A stretch of DNA of 64,000 bases from an uncultured delta proteobacterium (lineage in GTDB: Bacteria; Desulfobacterota; Binatia; UBA9968), in NCBI GenBank assembly GCA_963804165.1, contig CAWDPO010000043.1, positions 320,001 to 384,000 of the forward strand. The letters run 5' to 3'. Position 1 is the stretch's first letter. Every line of letters starts with the position of its first letter. Under the pieces are notes generated by a model, which searched no databases, was not told where the DNA came from, and was given only the letters and a program-made list of their open reading frames with translations. This document shows, one piece after another, positions 21,016-31,082 of this stretch. The position numbers and the translations under genes were made by a program.

Positions 21016-21981
21016 TTGAAAACCATCATACACATCGTCATTATGATCGCCGCGGCGATCTTGCTCGGCGCGCCGGCGCAAGCGCTGGACCGGATTCGCA
21101 TCGCCGTGTCCAATCCGAATATGCCGAACTTGACCGCCGCGATGGCGCAAAAGAAAGGGTTTTTCAAAGACGAAAATCTCGACGCCGAGATCATTCGCAT
21201 GAATCCCAACGTCGCGATTACCGCCCTTGCGACCGGCGACGTCGACTACTGCCAGCTCTTCGGCGCCGTAGTCGGCGGCGCTATCGCCGGCCTGCCGGTG
21301 AGAATTGTCGCCGGCTATCTGGATAACTGGCCGATGACGTTGATCGCCCAGCCAGAGCTCAAGTCGCTCAAAGACCTCAAAGGCAAAACTCTGGGCATCA
21401 GCAGCTTCGGCGCGACGCCGGACGTCGCCGCGCGCATGATGATCAAGCAAGCCGGCATCGATCCGGAAAAAGAGATCAAGATGCTCGCCCTGGGCTCCGA
21501 CGCCGCGCGCCTTACGGCGCTCAAGCAGCGCGTCGTCGACGTGGTCGTCATTTCTCCGCCGGCCGATGCGCAGATGGAAAAGCAGGGCTATCGCATCCTC
21601 GCGCGCGCCTACGAATTGTTCAGTTTTCCCTATCTCGGTCTCGGCACGCACACGCGAAAAATCAAAGAAAAGCCCGACGAGATTCGCCGAGTGATCAAAG
21701 CGACCATCCGCGCCAACCGCTTCATCCGCGACAATCGCGACGAAGCCGTGCGCACGCTGATCGTCTGGGGCAAGGTCGAGCGGGAATTCGCCTACGCGTC
21801 CTATGACGCGCTGAGAAATTTATTCAACGCCGACGGCGCCGTGCCCGAAGACGGCTTGAAGCTCGTCATCGATCAAGCCCGGCGCAGCACCAAAGTCACG
21901 CGTGAAGTCATGCCGAACGAAGTCGTTGATCTGAGGTTTCTCCGGCGAGCGCAGGCGGAGTTAGGCATCAAGGTGCGCTAA
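21016..21981 (+). CDS. NMT1/SsuA-type ABC substrate-binding protein
   Basis: Signal peptide; KGFFKDENLDAE, DLKGKTLGISSFG. Confidence 0.9.
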   Translation: MKTIIHIVIMIAAAILLGAPAQALDRIRIAVSNPNMPNLTAAMAQKKGFFKDENLDAEIIRMNPNVAITALATGDVDYCQLFGAVVGGAIAGLPVRIVAGYLDNWPMTLIAQPELKSLKDLKGKTLGISSFGATPDVAARMMIKQAGIDPEKEIKMLALGSDAARLTALKQRVVDVVVISPPADAQMEKQGYRILARAYELFSFPYLGLGTHTRKIKEKPDEIRRVIKATIRANRFIRDNRDEAVRTLIVWGKVEREFAYASYDALRNLFNADGAVPEDGLKLVIDQARRSTKVTREVMPNEVVDLRFLRRAQAELGIKVR

Positions 21982-22013
21982 TTCGATGATGATCCCGCGA
22001 AAGGAGTAGTCAA

Positions 22014-22943
22014 ATGATTATCGACTGGCATGCCCACGTCTACCCGCCCGAACTGGCCAAGGAACGCCGCTGGGGCGGCACGACGCCACTGACGATTGAA
22101 AATCTACTGGAAGCACACGAGAAGGCCGGCATCGACCTTTGTGTCGTCAGCAACACGATTCATTATCTCAAAGACAAGACCCATGACGAGTCGCTGGCCT
22201 TTTTACGGCGCTGGAACGAGTACGCCGCGGAGATTCAGCAGAAATATAAAGACCGCATCGTCGTCTTCACCAGCACGCTGCCCTGCGGCGGTGAACCGTT
22301 CGTCAAAGAACTGGAGCGCGCCATCGTCGAATACGGCCTGCACGGCGTGCTGATCAACTCGAGCCATCAGCACGCCTATCCGGACGACGATGAGGCCAAG
22401 CCTTTTTTTGAATTGGTCACCAGTCTGCGCATTCCCGTCATGATGCACGCGCCGTCGGTCGGTTTCGGCGAGGAGCGCATGCGCGACTATCGCCTCGCTT
22501 CCAGCGTCGGCCGGCCCGTTCGACGAATGCTTGAGCATCGCCCGGCTGATCGTGCGCGGCGTCTTCGAGCGGCATCAAAATATTAAATTCGTCGGCTGCC
22601 ATCTCGGCGGCGGCATTTGCGACGTCATCGGCCGCATGGATTACGCCTACGAGCTTGGCGACCTCGCTTCCGGCTTGGGCTCCTACGAACCCATGCTGAT
22701 CACCAAGCGGCCGAGCGAGTATCTGAAAAATCTCTTTATGGACACCGTCGCCTATCATCCGCCGGCGGTCATGTGCGCCTATCAGACCGTCGGCGCCAAG
22801 CAACTGCTCTTTGGCAGCGATGCGCCGCCGCTCCTGCCGCTGCTGCCGCGCGCCAAGAAAATCATTGAAGAGTTGCCGATCACCGAAGCCGAACGCAGGA
22901 CATCTTCGGCCAAAATGCCCTGAAATTGCTTCAGCGCCAGTGA
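22014..22943 (+). CDS. amidohydrolase-2 family, ACMSD-like decarboxylase/hydratase (frameshifted)
   Basis: MIIDWHAH, PVMMHA, CHLGGG, LLFGSDAP. Confidence 0.85.
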
Positions 22944-23014
22944 CGCCGCGCCCTGCCGCATTTGCGAATAGCGGGTAAAGTGTATTAAATTCAGTGTTCA
23001 GAAAGGACTTGAGT

Positions 23015-23288
23015 ATGCCGCTGTTCATACGACGACCTGATCGAACCTGCGATTGTCAAACAAGTGTCCAAAAGCGTCGCTTACTGCCGCTGCACGCGCA
23101 GTAAAAATTTGCCGTTTTGCGACGGCTCGCACGCGGTGACGAACATCCAGCCGTTCGTCCTAGAGCTCGAACAACCGGAAACCATCGCCATCTGCCGCTG
23201 CTGGAGATCAAAAGATCACCCCTACTGCGACGGCACCCACGGCCGCCTGGTAAAACCCAAGGAAAGACCCCCGAGCAACCATGACTGA
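23015..23288 (+). CDS. double CDGSH iron-sulfur domain protein (start uncertain)
   Basis: CRCTRSKNLPFCDGSH and CRCWRSKDHPYCDGTH. Confidence 0.9.
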
Positions 23289-23300
23289 ATCCGGCGTGAA

Positions 23301-23374
23301 CTTTGAACCTTGAATCTTGAACGATTTGCTGTTTAGACGACTTGAACGATTGAACGGCTTGAACGTTTTGAACC
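23301..23374. repeat. Short-period (TTGAAC-N1-3)n tandem array
   Basis: ttgaaccttgaatcttgaacg ... ttgaacgattgaacggcttgaacgttttgaacc. Confidence 0.7.
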
Positions 23375-23398
23375 AGATTAATTTAGAGGAGGTACCCA

Positions 23399-23785
23399 AT
23401 GGTCGAGATGAAAAATCCTATTAAGGAAGCCGACGCGAACCCGGGCGTCAATCACCTGAGCATGTGGAGAACTGATCTTGCATATTATTGGGTGATCAAT
23501 TGCAAAGGGCGGCTTCAGGACGACATGCACTACCATGATAACGATGATCACATCTTCATGTTGCTCGAAGGCGAGTGCACCATTCGCACTCCGCACAAAG
23601 AGTTCGTCCTGAAACAGTTCGATACAGTGCTGCTCCAGTCCGGCGAGCCTTACCAGCTATGCAATACCGGCAACGGGAGAATGTTGCTTCTCGGCGCCGG
23701 CAATTCCGGCGTTGACGGCAAACCGAGAACCCGTGTGCCGAAGATTCCGAGTCACATACCGGTCACAGATCCGATTGTTGCGTGA
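23399..23785 (+). CDS. cupin domain protein
   Basis: MHYHDNDDHIFMLLEGE ... PYQLCNTG. Confidence 0.85.
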   Translation: MVEMKNPIKEADANPGVNHLSMWRTDLAYYWVINCKGRLQDDMHYHDNDDHIFMLLEGECTIRTPHKEFVLKQFDTVLLQSGEPYQLCNTGNGRMLLLGAGNSGVDGKPRTRVPKIPSHIPVTDPIVA

Positions 23786-25029
23786 CGGCGCTAAGATCTG
23801 CGCGCTGACGCGCTAATTCAGCTCGGTATCTACGGCTGACGATCATCAATATGATCGCGGCGATCGCGCAGACCGCGCCGCAAAGGGCGAAGGTCCAATC
23901 CATGCCGATCACGGCGCCCGAGGCGCCGATGATCATGCTGCCCAAGGACCACAGGCCGCGGTCCATGAAAAATAGGCTGAGCACGCGTCCCAGCAGATTG
24001 TCCGGCGTCGCGGTTTGAATCGCGGTGTTGGAGAGAGCGCGCCCGGCGATTTGGCAAAAGCCGATCATCGCCAGAAAGAGGAACGACAAAACAAAGTTGT
24101 GAGAAAAAGCAAACAAGGCGATCGACACGGCAAATCCCAAGGCGCAGAAGCAGATCGAACGGATACCGACGCGAAGCTTGTTCACCGAGGCGAGCACCAG
24201 CGCCGCCACTGTGGCGCCGACACCCGGCGCGGACATCAGTAAACCGAAACCGGACGCGCCGACGTGCAGCACATTGGTGGCGAAGATCGGCACGAATCGG
24301 TTGTACGGCGCGCAGAACGTCGCGATAACGTAAGAAAGCCCGACGATGTAGAGTAGCCGGCGATTGCCGAGCAAATAGAAAAACCCTTCCTTCACGTCGC
24401 CCCAGATACTTTCTCGTCCGCGCGCTTTTCCCAGGGCGGCAACTCCATCTGGTGAAGATTGAAAAGCAGAAACACGAAGCTGATCGCGTTGACCAGAAAA
24501 CAACCGGCGATGCCGACATACGCGATAATCAAGCCTCCCGCCGCCGGTCCGAAAATCTTCGAGAAGTTGAACACCGAAGATTGCAGGCCGATGGCGTTCA
24601 GCAGCTCGTCCTTCGGCACCAGGCTGTTGACCAGCGATTGGCGCGCCGTTTGATTGATCGTATTCACGACCCCAGAAAAAAAGCCAAGACCGCAATGTGC
24701 CAGAGCTCGATGACGTCAAACTGCACCGCGAACCAGTAGATGATCGCCTGGACCATCGCCGCCGTCTGGGTGATCATCAGCACGCGTCTTCGGTCGAATC
24801 GGTCGGCGATGGCGCCGCCGAGCGCGCCGACCAGAAGCCGCGGCAAGGTATCAAAAAACGCCACGACGCCGATGGCGACGGGCGAGCGCGAGACGTGCCA
24901 CACCAGCCAACTCTGCGCCACGTTCTGCATGAAGTCGCCCGAACTGGAGATCAGCGCGCCTTCCATCAAGAGACGAAAGTTTCGATGTCTGAGGGAACGC
25001 AGGGTGCGAAGATTCCGTAGGCTTTGCAT
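23763..25029 (-). CDS. MFS transporter, MFS_3/DUF894-like (frameshift near 24665)
   Basis: SLRHRNFRL, VAQSWLVW, GAIADRFDRRR, TARQSLVNSLVP, LLGRVLS. Confidence 0.88.
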
Positions 25030-25124
25030 GTTCGAGTTGACGACGCGGTTGTTACTTTTTATCTTACGCGACCCGCGTTGCGTTTGAAACCGGCCAGCGC
25101 AAGCACGGCAGCACAGAAGCAAAC

Positions 25125-26366
25125 ATGATCGAATCCAAATGGTACAGCGAGATCACGCCCTACCAGTGGCGCGTGCTGATTTGCGCGTGCCTCGGCTGGG
25201 CCCTCGACATCATGGACGGCTATCTCTATGCAATCATCTTGTTTCCCGCCATGAGCGATTTGCTCGGCACCAGCGAGAGCGCGCAAATCGGACTCTACGG
25301 CGGCGTCGTACTCAGCATCTTCATGATCGGTTGGGCGCTCGGCGGCCTTATCTTCGGTCCCATCGCCGATCGTTACGGCCGCGCCAGGACCATGGCAATT
25401 ACGATCCTGATCTATGCTTCGTTCACTGGCCTCTGCGGCATCGCCGGGAGCTGGCAGGAATTGGCGGTCTACCGTTTCTTGACAGGCATAGGCATCGGCG
25501 GCGAGTGGGCCGCCGGCGCGGCATTGATCGCCGAAAGCTGGCCGGCGAAATCGCGCGCAAAAGCCGCCGGCATCATGCAAGCTTCCGGCGGGATCGGCTT
25601 TTTTCTCGCCACCGCGCTGTATCTTTTTATCGGCCCTTACGGTTGGCGCTGGGTCTTTGCGCTCGGCGTGCTGCCGGCCATCGTCGCCTTCTACATTCGC
25701 TGGTCTCTCGAAGAGCCCGAGCGTTGGACCAAAGCAAGAGCAAGCCAAAACCCTCTTCCTCTCCTTTTCAAAAAGCCGGTGCGGCGCGACGTCCTGATCG
25801 GCACCGGGCTCGCAGTGGTCGCGACGTTCGGCTACCAGGGCGCCATTCAATGGGTGCCGAGTTGGATCGCCGCCATGCTGCACGCGCAAGGCACAAGAGA
25901 AGTGATTCCCCAGGTGAGCCTCGTCACCACCACGCTGACCACGGGTGGAATCATCGGCTGTCTCTGCCTGCCCTTCATTGCCGACCGTTGGGGGAGAAAA
26001 CACGCGCTGCTGATTTATTTTCTCGGCGCCCTGCTCTCAGTGCCGACAACGTTCTTGCTCGCGCGGGAACTGAGCCACGCGGTTTTCGCCGCGCCGATCA
26101 TGGGTTTCTTCGCCGCGGGAGTGACTACCGGTTTCGCTATTTATTTTCCTGAATTGTTTCCCACGGCGATCCGCGCCACGGCGCAAGGTTTTTGTTTCAA
26201 CTTCGCCCGCTTCTTTTCGGCCGCGGGCCCGCTGCTCGCCGGTGTGCTCACTTCCGCGCATGGCGCCTTCGCACCGGCAATCGCGACCATCGGCTCCATT
26301 TACTTCTTTGGCTTGATCATTCTAATCTTTGCCCGCGAAACCAAAGGCCAGGCGCTGCCGGACTAG
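25125..26366 (+). CDS. MFS transporter (organic/aromatic acid:H+ symporter-like)
   Basis: LGWALDIMD, ADRYGRAR, GIGGEWAAG, ELFPTAIRATAQG, ETKG. Confidence 0.92.
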   Translation: MIESKWYSEITPYQWRVLICACLGWALDIMDGYLYAIILFPAMSDLLGTSESAQIGLYGGVVLSIFMIGWALGGLIFGPIADRYGRARTMAITILIYASFTGLCGIAGSWQELAVYRFLTGIGIGGEWAAGAALIAESWPAKSRAKAAGIMQASGGIGFFLATALYLFIGPYGWRWVFALGVLPAIVAFYIRWSLEEPERWTKARASQNPLPLLFKKPVRRDVLIGTGLAVVATFGYQGAIQWVPSWIAAMLHAQGTREVIPQVSLVTTTLTTGGIIGCLCLPFIADRWGRKHALLIYFLGALLSVPTTFLLARELSHAVFAAPIMGFFAAGVTTGFAIYFPELFPTAIRATAQGFCFNFARFFSAAGPLLAGVLTSAHGAFAPAIATIGSIYFFGLIILIFARETKGQALPD

Positions 26367-26380
26367 GGAGATGGAAAAAG

Positions 26381-26459
26381 TTGGAGTGATAGAGTAATGG
26401 AGTGCTGGAGTGTTGGTAAAAGACGGATGCCCAATACTCCAGCACTCCATTACTCCAAT
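26381..26459. repeat. Inverted 8-nt tandem array (TGGAGTNN)n ... (ACTCCA)n
   Basis: ttggagtgatagagtaatggagtgctggagtgttgg ... ccaatactccagcactccattactccaa. Confidence 0.75.
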
Positions 26460-26480
26460 TCTCTCTTCAAGGAGCCACCA

Positions 26481-26999
26481 ATGTTTTCCATGCCCATCGT
26501 TCGTTTGCTCGATGAAGGCCGCAAACTCGCGGAGACCGGCCGGCGGGTAAGTGTGCTATGGCAGCATGCCGACACGTTGGTTTTTCTCGCGCGCGGGCGC
26601 GAGTACCGCAGCGAGTTTCATATCAACCCGAGCGATGAGACCATGCATATGATCAAGGGCGAGATGCGCCTGCACTACCGCACGCCGGAAGGAAAGGAAG
26701 AAGTAGCGCCAATTCAGGAAGGCGCGATCATCTACACGCCCGCCGGCACGCCTCACTCGCCGCGCTTTCCCGAGGACGCGTTTGCGCTGATCTCCGAGAG
26801 AAAAAGACGAGCCGGCGAGATCGACCGATTTCAATGGTTTTGCTTAAAGTGCGACACCCTCTTGCACGAAGAGAGCTTCGTCGTGGAGGACTACGCGCTG
26901 GACCCTGTCTCGAAAGCCTACAAACGCTTTTTCGACAGTAAGGAGTTTCGCACGTGCAAAAACTGCGGTGAGATCATGCCGGCGCCGGACTCGCTTTGA
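26481..26999 (+). CDS. 3-hydroxyanthranilate 3,4-dioxygenase-like cupin (divergent)
   Basis: RSEFHINPSDE, HSP, ISERKR, and a rubredoxin-like CLKC...CKNC site. Confidence 0.85.
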   Translation: MFSMPIVRLLDEGRKLAETGRRVSVLWQHADTLVFLARGREYRSEFHINPSDETMHMIKGEMRLHYRTPEGKEEVAPIQEGAIIYTPAGTPHSPRFPEDAFALISERKRRAGEIDRFQWFCLKCDTLLHEESFVVEDYALDPVSKAYKRFFDSKEFRTCKNCGEIMPAPDSL

Positions 27000-27057
27000 C
27001 GCGCGAACCGTGATCCGTGTTCGTGAATTCGTGCCTGGACGCAGGTCGTAATCATAC

Positions 27058-27145
27058 CTTTGAACGTTTGAACCTTGAACCTTTGAACAGTCAGATCCTT
27101 CGAAACGACTGGAACGTTTGGAACTTCTGGAACGAGTGGAACTGT
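27058..27145. repeat. Short-period (TTGAAC/TGGAAC)n tandem array
   Basis: ttgaacgtttgaaccttgaacctttgaac ... ctggaacgtttggaacttctggaacgagtggaac. Confidence 0.7.
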
Positions 27146-27147
27146 CT

Positions 27148-28137
27148 TTAAATATTCAGCTCCTTCGACCGATCATAATCATGCCGCGTGCCGGCCACCG
27201 CCCCTTCCCTGGGAAATATCTTGGCGATGGCAGCCAATTCTTCCGGAGTGAGACGAATATCCGCGGCAGCGGCGTTGCTCTCCAGATGCGCGATCTTATA
27301 GGTGCCGGGGATCGGCACAAAAAAATCGCCTTGATGGAGAATCCAGGCAAGCGCAAGCTGGGCCACGGTGCATCTTCTAGAATCCGCAACCGATTGAAGT
27401 TGATTCAGCAAATTCGCATTTTGTTGAAAATTGCTTTCGTGGAAACGCGGGCCGCGCCGCTTCGCTTCTTTTTCTCCCAATTGGGAAAACTCTTTAAAAG
27501 CGCCGCCTAGAAAGCCGCGGCCCAGCGCATAGTAAGCGACATATCCGATGCCCAGCTCGCGCGCGGCGGGAATCGTGTTGGCTTCGTAGTCGCGCATCCA
27601 GAGTGAATACTCGCTCTGGACCGCAGTGATCGGGTGCACCGTATTGGCGCGACGCAGTGTTTGCGGTCCGGCTTCGCTCAGACCGATGTGGCGGACTTTT
27701 CCCTGCTCCACGAGCCGCGCCATCGCGCCTACGGTATCTTCGATCGGCACCTTCGGATCGACGCGATGCAAGTAATAAAGATCGATGTATTCGCATTCGA
27801 GCCGGCGCAATGAATTCTCACAAGCCCACGATACATACTCCGGCTTGCCTTCAACCTCTCGCCCGTCCGCCCAGGGCTGGCCGCGCAAGTTGCCAAACTT
27901 GCTGGTCAGCACCACGTCGCCACGCTTGCCTTTGAGCGCTTTGGCCAGAATCTCTTCGTTGTTACCGTTGTTATGATCCGCGGTGTCGATGAAGTTGACA
28001 CCGATATCGATGGCGCGGTGCAGCACGGCCATGGCCTGCTTTTCATTTGCGTCGCTCAACTTCCCTTGGAACGGCGGGCAGCCGTAGCCGATAGCGGAAA
28101 CTTTCAAGCGCGCCTTGCCGAGAAAACGGTATTGCAT
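27148..28137 (-). CDS. aldo/keto reductase
   Basis: VSAIGYGC, FIDTAD, IDLYYLHRVD, GKVRHIGLSE, QSEYSL, PIPGT. Confidence 0.95.
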   Translation of the reverse strand: MQYRFLGKARLKVSAIGYGCPPFQGKLSDANEKQAMAVLHRAIDIGVNFIDTADHNNGNNEEILAKALKGKRGDVVLTSKFGNLRGQPWADGREVEGKPEYVSWACENSLRRLECEYIDLYYLHRVDPKVPIEDTVGAMARLVEQGKVRHIGLSEAGPQTLRRANTVHPITAVQSEYSLWMRDYEANTIPAARELGIGYVAYYALGRGFLGGAFKEFSQLGEKEAKRRGPRFHESNFQQNANLLNQLQSVADSRRCTVAQLALAWILHQGDFFVPIPGTYKIAHLESNAAAADIRLTPEELAAIAKIFPREGAVAGTRHDYDRSKELNI

Positions 28138-28169
28138 GGAAATGGGTTCTTGCTGCCGCCCAGTAACGT

Positions 28170-28199
28170 GTAGGGGCGCAGCTGCTGCGGCGCCCCTAC
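28170..28199. repeat. GTAGGGGCG REP palindrome
   Basis: gtaggggcgcagctgctgcggcgcccctac. Confidence 0.65.
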
Positions 28200-28242
28200 T
28201 TTTTGCGCCTTTGCGTTCTCTGCGGTTAATTCTTCTTGATTT

Positions 28243-29709
28243 CTACTTCAACAGGTAGCCGAACTTTTCCCGCGCTTTGCGCACGATTTCCTGGCTCGGC
28301 GCGTTGACCTTGGGAAACTTGTCGCGCCATTCATAAGGCCGCGTGGCGTCGATCACCATGCGCGAGTTGGTGAAGTCGCGCATCTTGCGCTGCTCGGGAG
28401 TAAGCCGCGGATCGGCCGGCGTGCTGCGCATGCGCCGGAGAATATCCACGGAGGTCGCCGGATCGTAGCGCGACAGCATCGCCCACATGAGCTGATCGAG
28501 ATTCGACACGTCGACGTCGTCGTCGACGACAATCACCATCTTGCAGCCGTACACGCTCGCGCCGCAGCTCGCCGCGAGCACGCCGACTTGCTTGGCATGA
28601 CCGGCATAACGCTGCTTGATCGCGAGCGCGATCAGCATGCGCGAGGCGCCGATCTCGTGCGACCAAACTTGCGTCACGTCCGGGACGCCGGCGCTTTGCA
28701 ATTGCTGCTTGAGCATCGCCGAGCGCATGATCGCGCGATAACGCGCCATCTCGTCGGAGCCGCCGCCGATCGGCGGCACGCCGAGAATGACCGGGTCGTT
28801 GCGATGATAAATCGCTTCGATTTCTAGAACCGGCTGGGCGCTCTCGTCGGAAGCGTAGTAACCGGTCCACTCGCCGAATGGACCTTCGAATTTCCGATTA
28901 TCGTTGTTCAAGAATCCTTCGAAGACGATCTCGGCGTTGGCGGGAAAAGGCAGGCCGGTGATCTTTCCGCGCACGCATTCGACCGCCTTCCGGCGCATAC
29001 CGCCGACGATGTCGTATTCACACAAGCCGTAAGGTTGCTCGGTCCCGGCCATGAAGAAAAACAGCGGGTCGCTGCCGATCACCAGCGCCAGTGGCATTTT
29101 CTCGCCGCGTTTGAAGTATTTTTCCCGATGCATATAGCCGTGCTTGCCGGGAACCATGAGCAGGCTCACACTTTTTTTGTCCTGGATCATGGCGCGATAG
29201 CAGCCGGCGTTGATCCATTTTTCGTCCGGATCCATCGTCACCGAAAAGCAGCCGGTGCCGATATAGCGGCCACCGTCGTTCACGTGCCACATCGGCGTCG
29301 GAAATTTCAGAATATCGATATCGTCGCCCTTGAGTACATTTTCGAAGATCGGCCCGTCGTCGACGAACACCGGTGGAATATGTTTGGGATCTTTTTGATA
29401 GTGCGTAAAATAGGCGTCGCTCAATTCTTGTTTGGTGAGACCTTGAGGAAAACCGAGGGTCATCGCGCGCCGCTTGCCGGCGAAACAATTGATCAACAGA
29501 CGAAATCCCTTCGGGCAGCCCGGCACCTCGTCGAATAACACCGCCGGCCCATCGTCGGGCGGAACCACAACATCCGTCGCCAAGCCGATATCCTCCTGCC
29601 AGGACGCGCCGAGAACGGTTTTCAGCTCGCCGAGCTTCTCCGCTTCGGCCATCCACTCACGCAAATCAGTAAACGAAATATGGGGTTGGATCTGTGAACT
29701 ATCGAACAT
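28243..29709 (-). CDS. UbiD-family prFMN-dependent (de)carboxylase
   Basis: DLREW, DGGRYIGT, EGPFGEWTGYY, VVDDDVD, IDATRP. Confidence 0.95.
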   Translation of the reverse strand: MFDSSQIQPHISFTDLREWMAEAEKLGELKTVLGASWQEDIGLATDVVVPPDDGPAVLFDEVPGCPKGFRLLINCFAGKRRAMTLGFPQGLTKQELSDAYFTHYQKDPKHIPPVFVDDGPIFENVLKGDDIDILKFPTPMWHVNDGGRYIGTGCFSVTMDPDEKWINAGCYRAMIQDKKSVSLLMVPGKHGYMHREKYFKRGEKMPLALVIGSDPLFFFMAGTEQPYGLCEYDIVGGMRRKAVECVRGKITGLPFPANAEIVFEGFLNNDNRKFEGPFGEWTGYYASDESAQPVLEIEAIYHRNDPVILGVPPIGGGSDEMARYRAIMRSAMLKQQLQSAGVPDVTQVWSHEIGASRMLIALAIKQRYAGHAKQVGVLAASCGASVYGCKMVIVVDDDVDVSNLDQLMWAMLSRYDPATSVDILRRMRSTPADPRLTPEQRKMRDFTNSRMVIDATRPYEWRDKFPKVNAPSQEIVRKAREKFGYLLK

Positions 29710-29913
29710 GGCCTCTCCTTATCCTCGTGTCTGGGCGTCAAGCCTACCACAAAGGGCAGGCCCAGGAAAATTCACATATCGCCGGGAAATATAGAGCCAA
29801 ACACAATAGTACAACCTCTTAAAATCCGCCACGATCACTGATACTGTAACCCGGTTGAAGAAAGAGTCATCAGCAAAATGAAGCATCACGAGAACACACT
29901 TGGAGGTAAGTCT

Positions 29914-30978
29914 ATGCGGTTCAGGGCCAAATCGTTGGCGATCATCACACTCACGATTGGATTCAGTTGCGCGGTGGGCTTTCCAAATGCGGTGTTTTCC
30001 CAGGCACCCTATTACCAAGGCAAAACGATCACGATTATTCGCGGCGGAGAGCCCGGCGGCTCTGGAGATATGCAAGCAAGAGCGCTCATTCCGCTCTTGA
30101 AAAAATACATTGCGGGCAATCCAACGATTATCATTGAAAACATGCCCGGCGCCGCCGGCATGAAAGCGGTCAACCACATCTACGCGACGGCAAAGCCCGA
30201 TGGCCTCAGTATCACCGCTGTCGGGTCGGGCTTGGCCTCGGGGGCAATCCTCGGCTTGACAGGAGCAAGATACGATATCGATAAGCTGATCTACTTGGGC
30301 TCCACCGAGCATGGCGATCCCTACGTATTTTTGAGCCGCAAAGGGGCGGGCTTCGATACCTTGGAAAAATTGCGCGCCGCCTCAGGAGTAAAAATAGCCG
30401 CCCAGACTGTCGGCCACGCGGTTTATGTCAGCGGGCGCATATTCACTTATCTCTTGGGCCTCAAAGATCCCAAGATCATCGTCGGTTTTGGCGGTGTGGA
30501 AATGGACGCGGCATTGGCTCGAGGTGAGATCGATGCCCGCGCCAACAGCGCCGATACGGTGGTCCGCCGAAACGCGGACGCGCTCGCTAAAGGCGAGCTC
30601 AATATTCACGCCACCCTGACAATTCCCAAGGGCAAATTTCATCCACGCTTCGCCAACGTTCCTGACGCGGACTCCCTGGCAAAGAATGACAAGGAGCGCC
30701 AGTTGATCAGTTTGTTCCGTGAATTCATGTATCCGCGCTGGCCCTATGTTCTTCCCCCGGCTACGCCGCCGGAGATCGTCAAGACCCTCCGCGAAGCGAT
30801 GAGCAAGTCGTTTAAGGATCCGGCCTTCGCCCAGGAATTCAAGAAACTGATGGGCGGCGAGCCCTCGCCTCTCACCGGAGAAGAGGTCGAGGCATCGATC
30901 CGCCAACTCCCGCGCGACCCCGAAGTGGTCGGACTGTACAAGAAGATAGCCGAACATGGCCCCCTGCCGCCTCGTTAA
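29914..30978 (+). CDS. Bug/TctC-like substrate-binding protein
   Basis: Signal peptide; YQGKTITII, ENMPGAAG, AKPDGL. Confidence 0.85.
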   Translation: MRFRAKSLAIITLTIGFSCAVGFPNAVFSQAPYYQGKTITIIRGGEPGGSGDMQARALIPLLKKYIAGNPTIIIENMPGAAGMKAVNHIYATAKPDGLSITAVGSGLASGAILGLTGARYDIDKLIYLGSTEHGDPYVFLSRKGAGFDTLEKLRAASGVKIAAQTVGHAVYVSGRIFTYLLGLKDPKIIVGFGGVEMDAALARGEIDARANSADTVVRRNADALAKGELNIHATLTIPKGKFHPRFANVPDADSLAKNDKERQLISLFREFMYPRWPYVLPPATPPEIVKTLREAMSKSFKDPAFAQEFKKLMGGEPSPLTGEEVEASIRQLPRDPEVVGLYKKIAEHGPLPPR

Positions 30979-31082
30979 GTGTTCGCCGGCTGCGACAGGT
31001 TATGCGCTTGATCCACTAAGGCGCTCGCGTACAATGAATCGTGCTGTTAACCGTGCCGATAATCTGGAAAGAGGATTGAATT

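Noticed and set aside
23301-23374. Mini-CRISPR or iteron reading of the TTGAAC arrays
   Set aside because: Units are 7-9 nt with no unique spacers and no rep or cas gene nearby.
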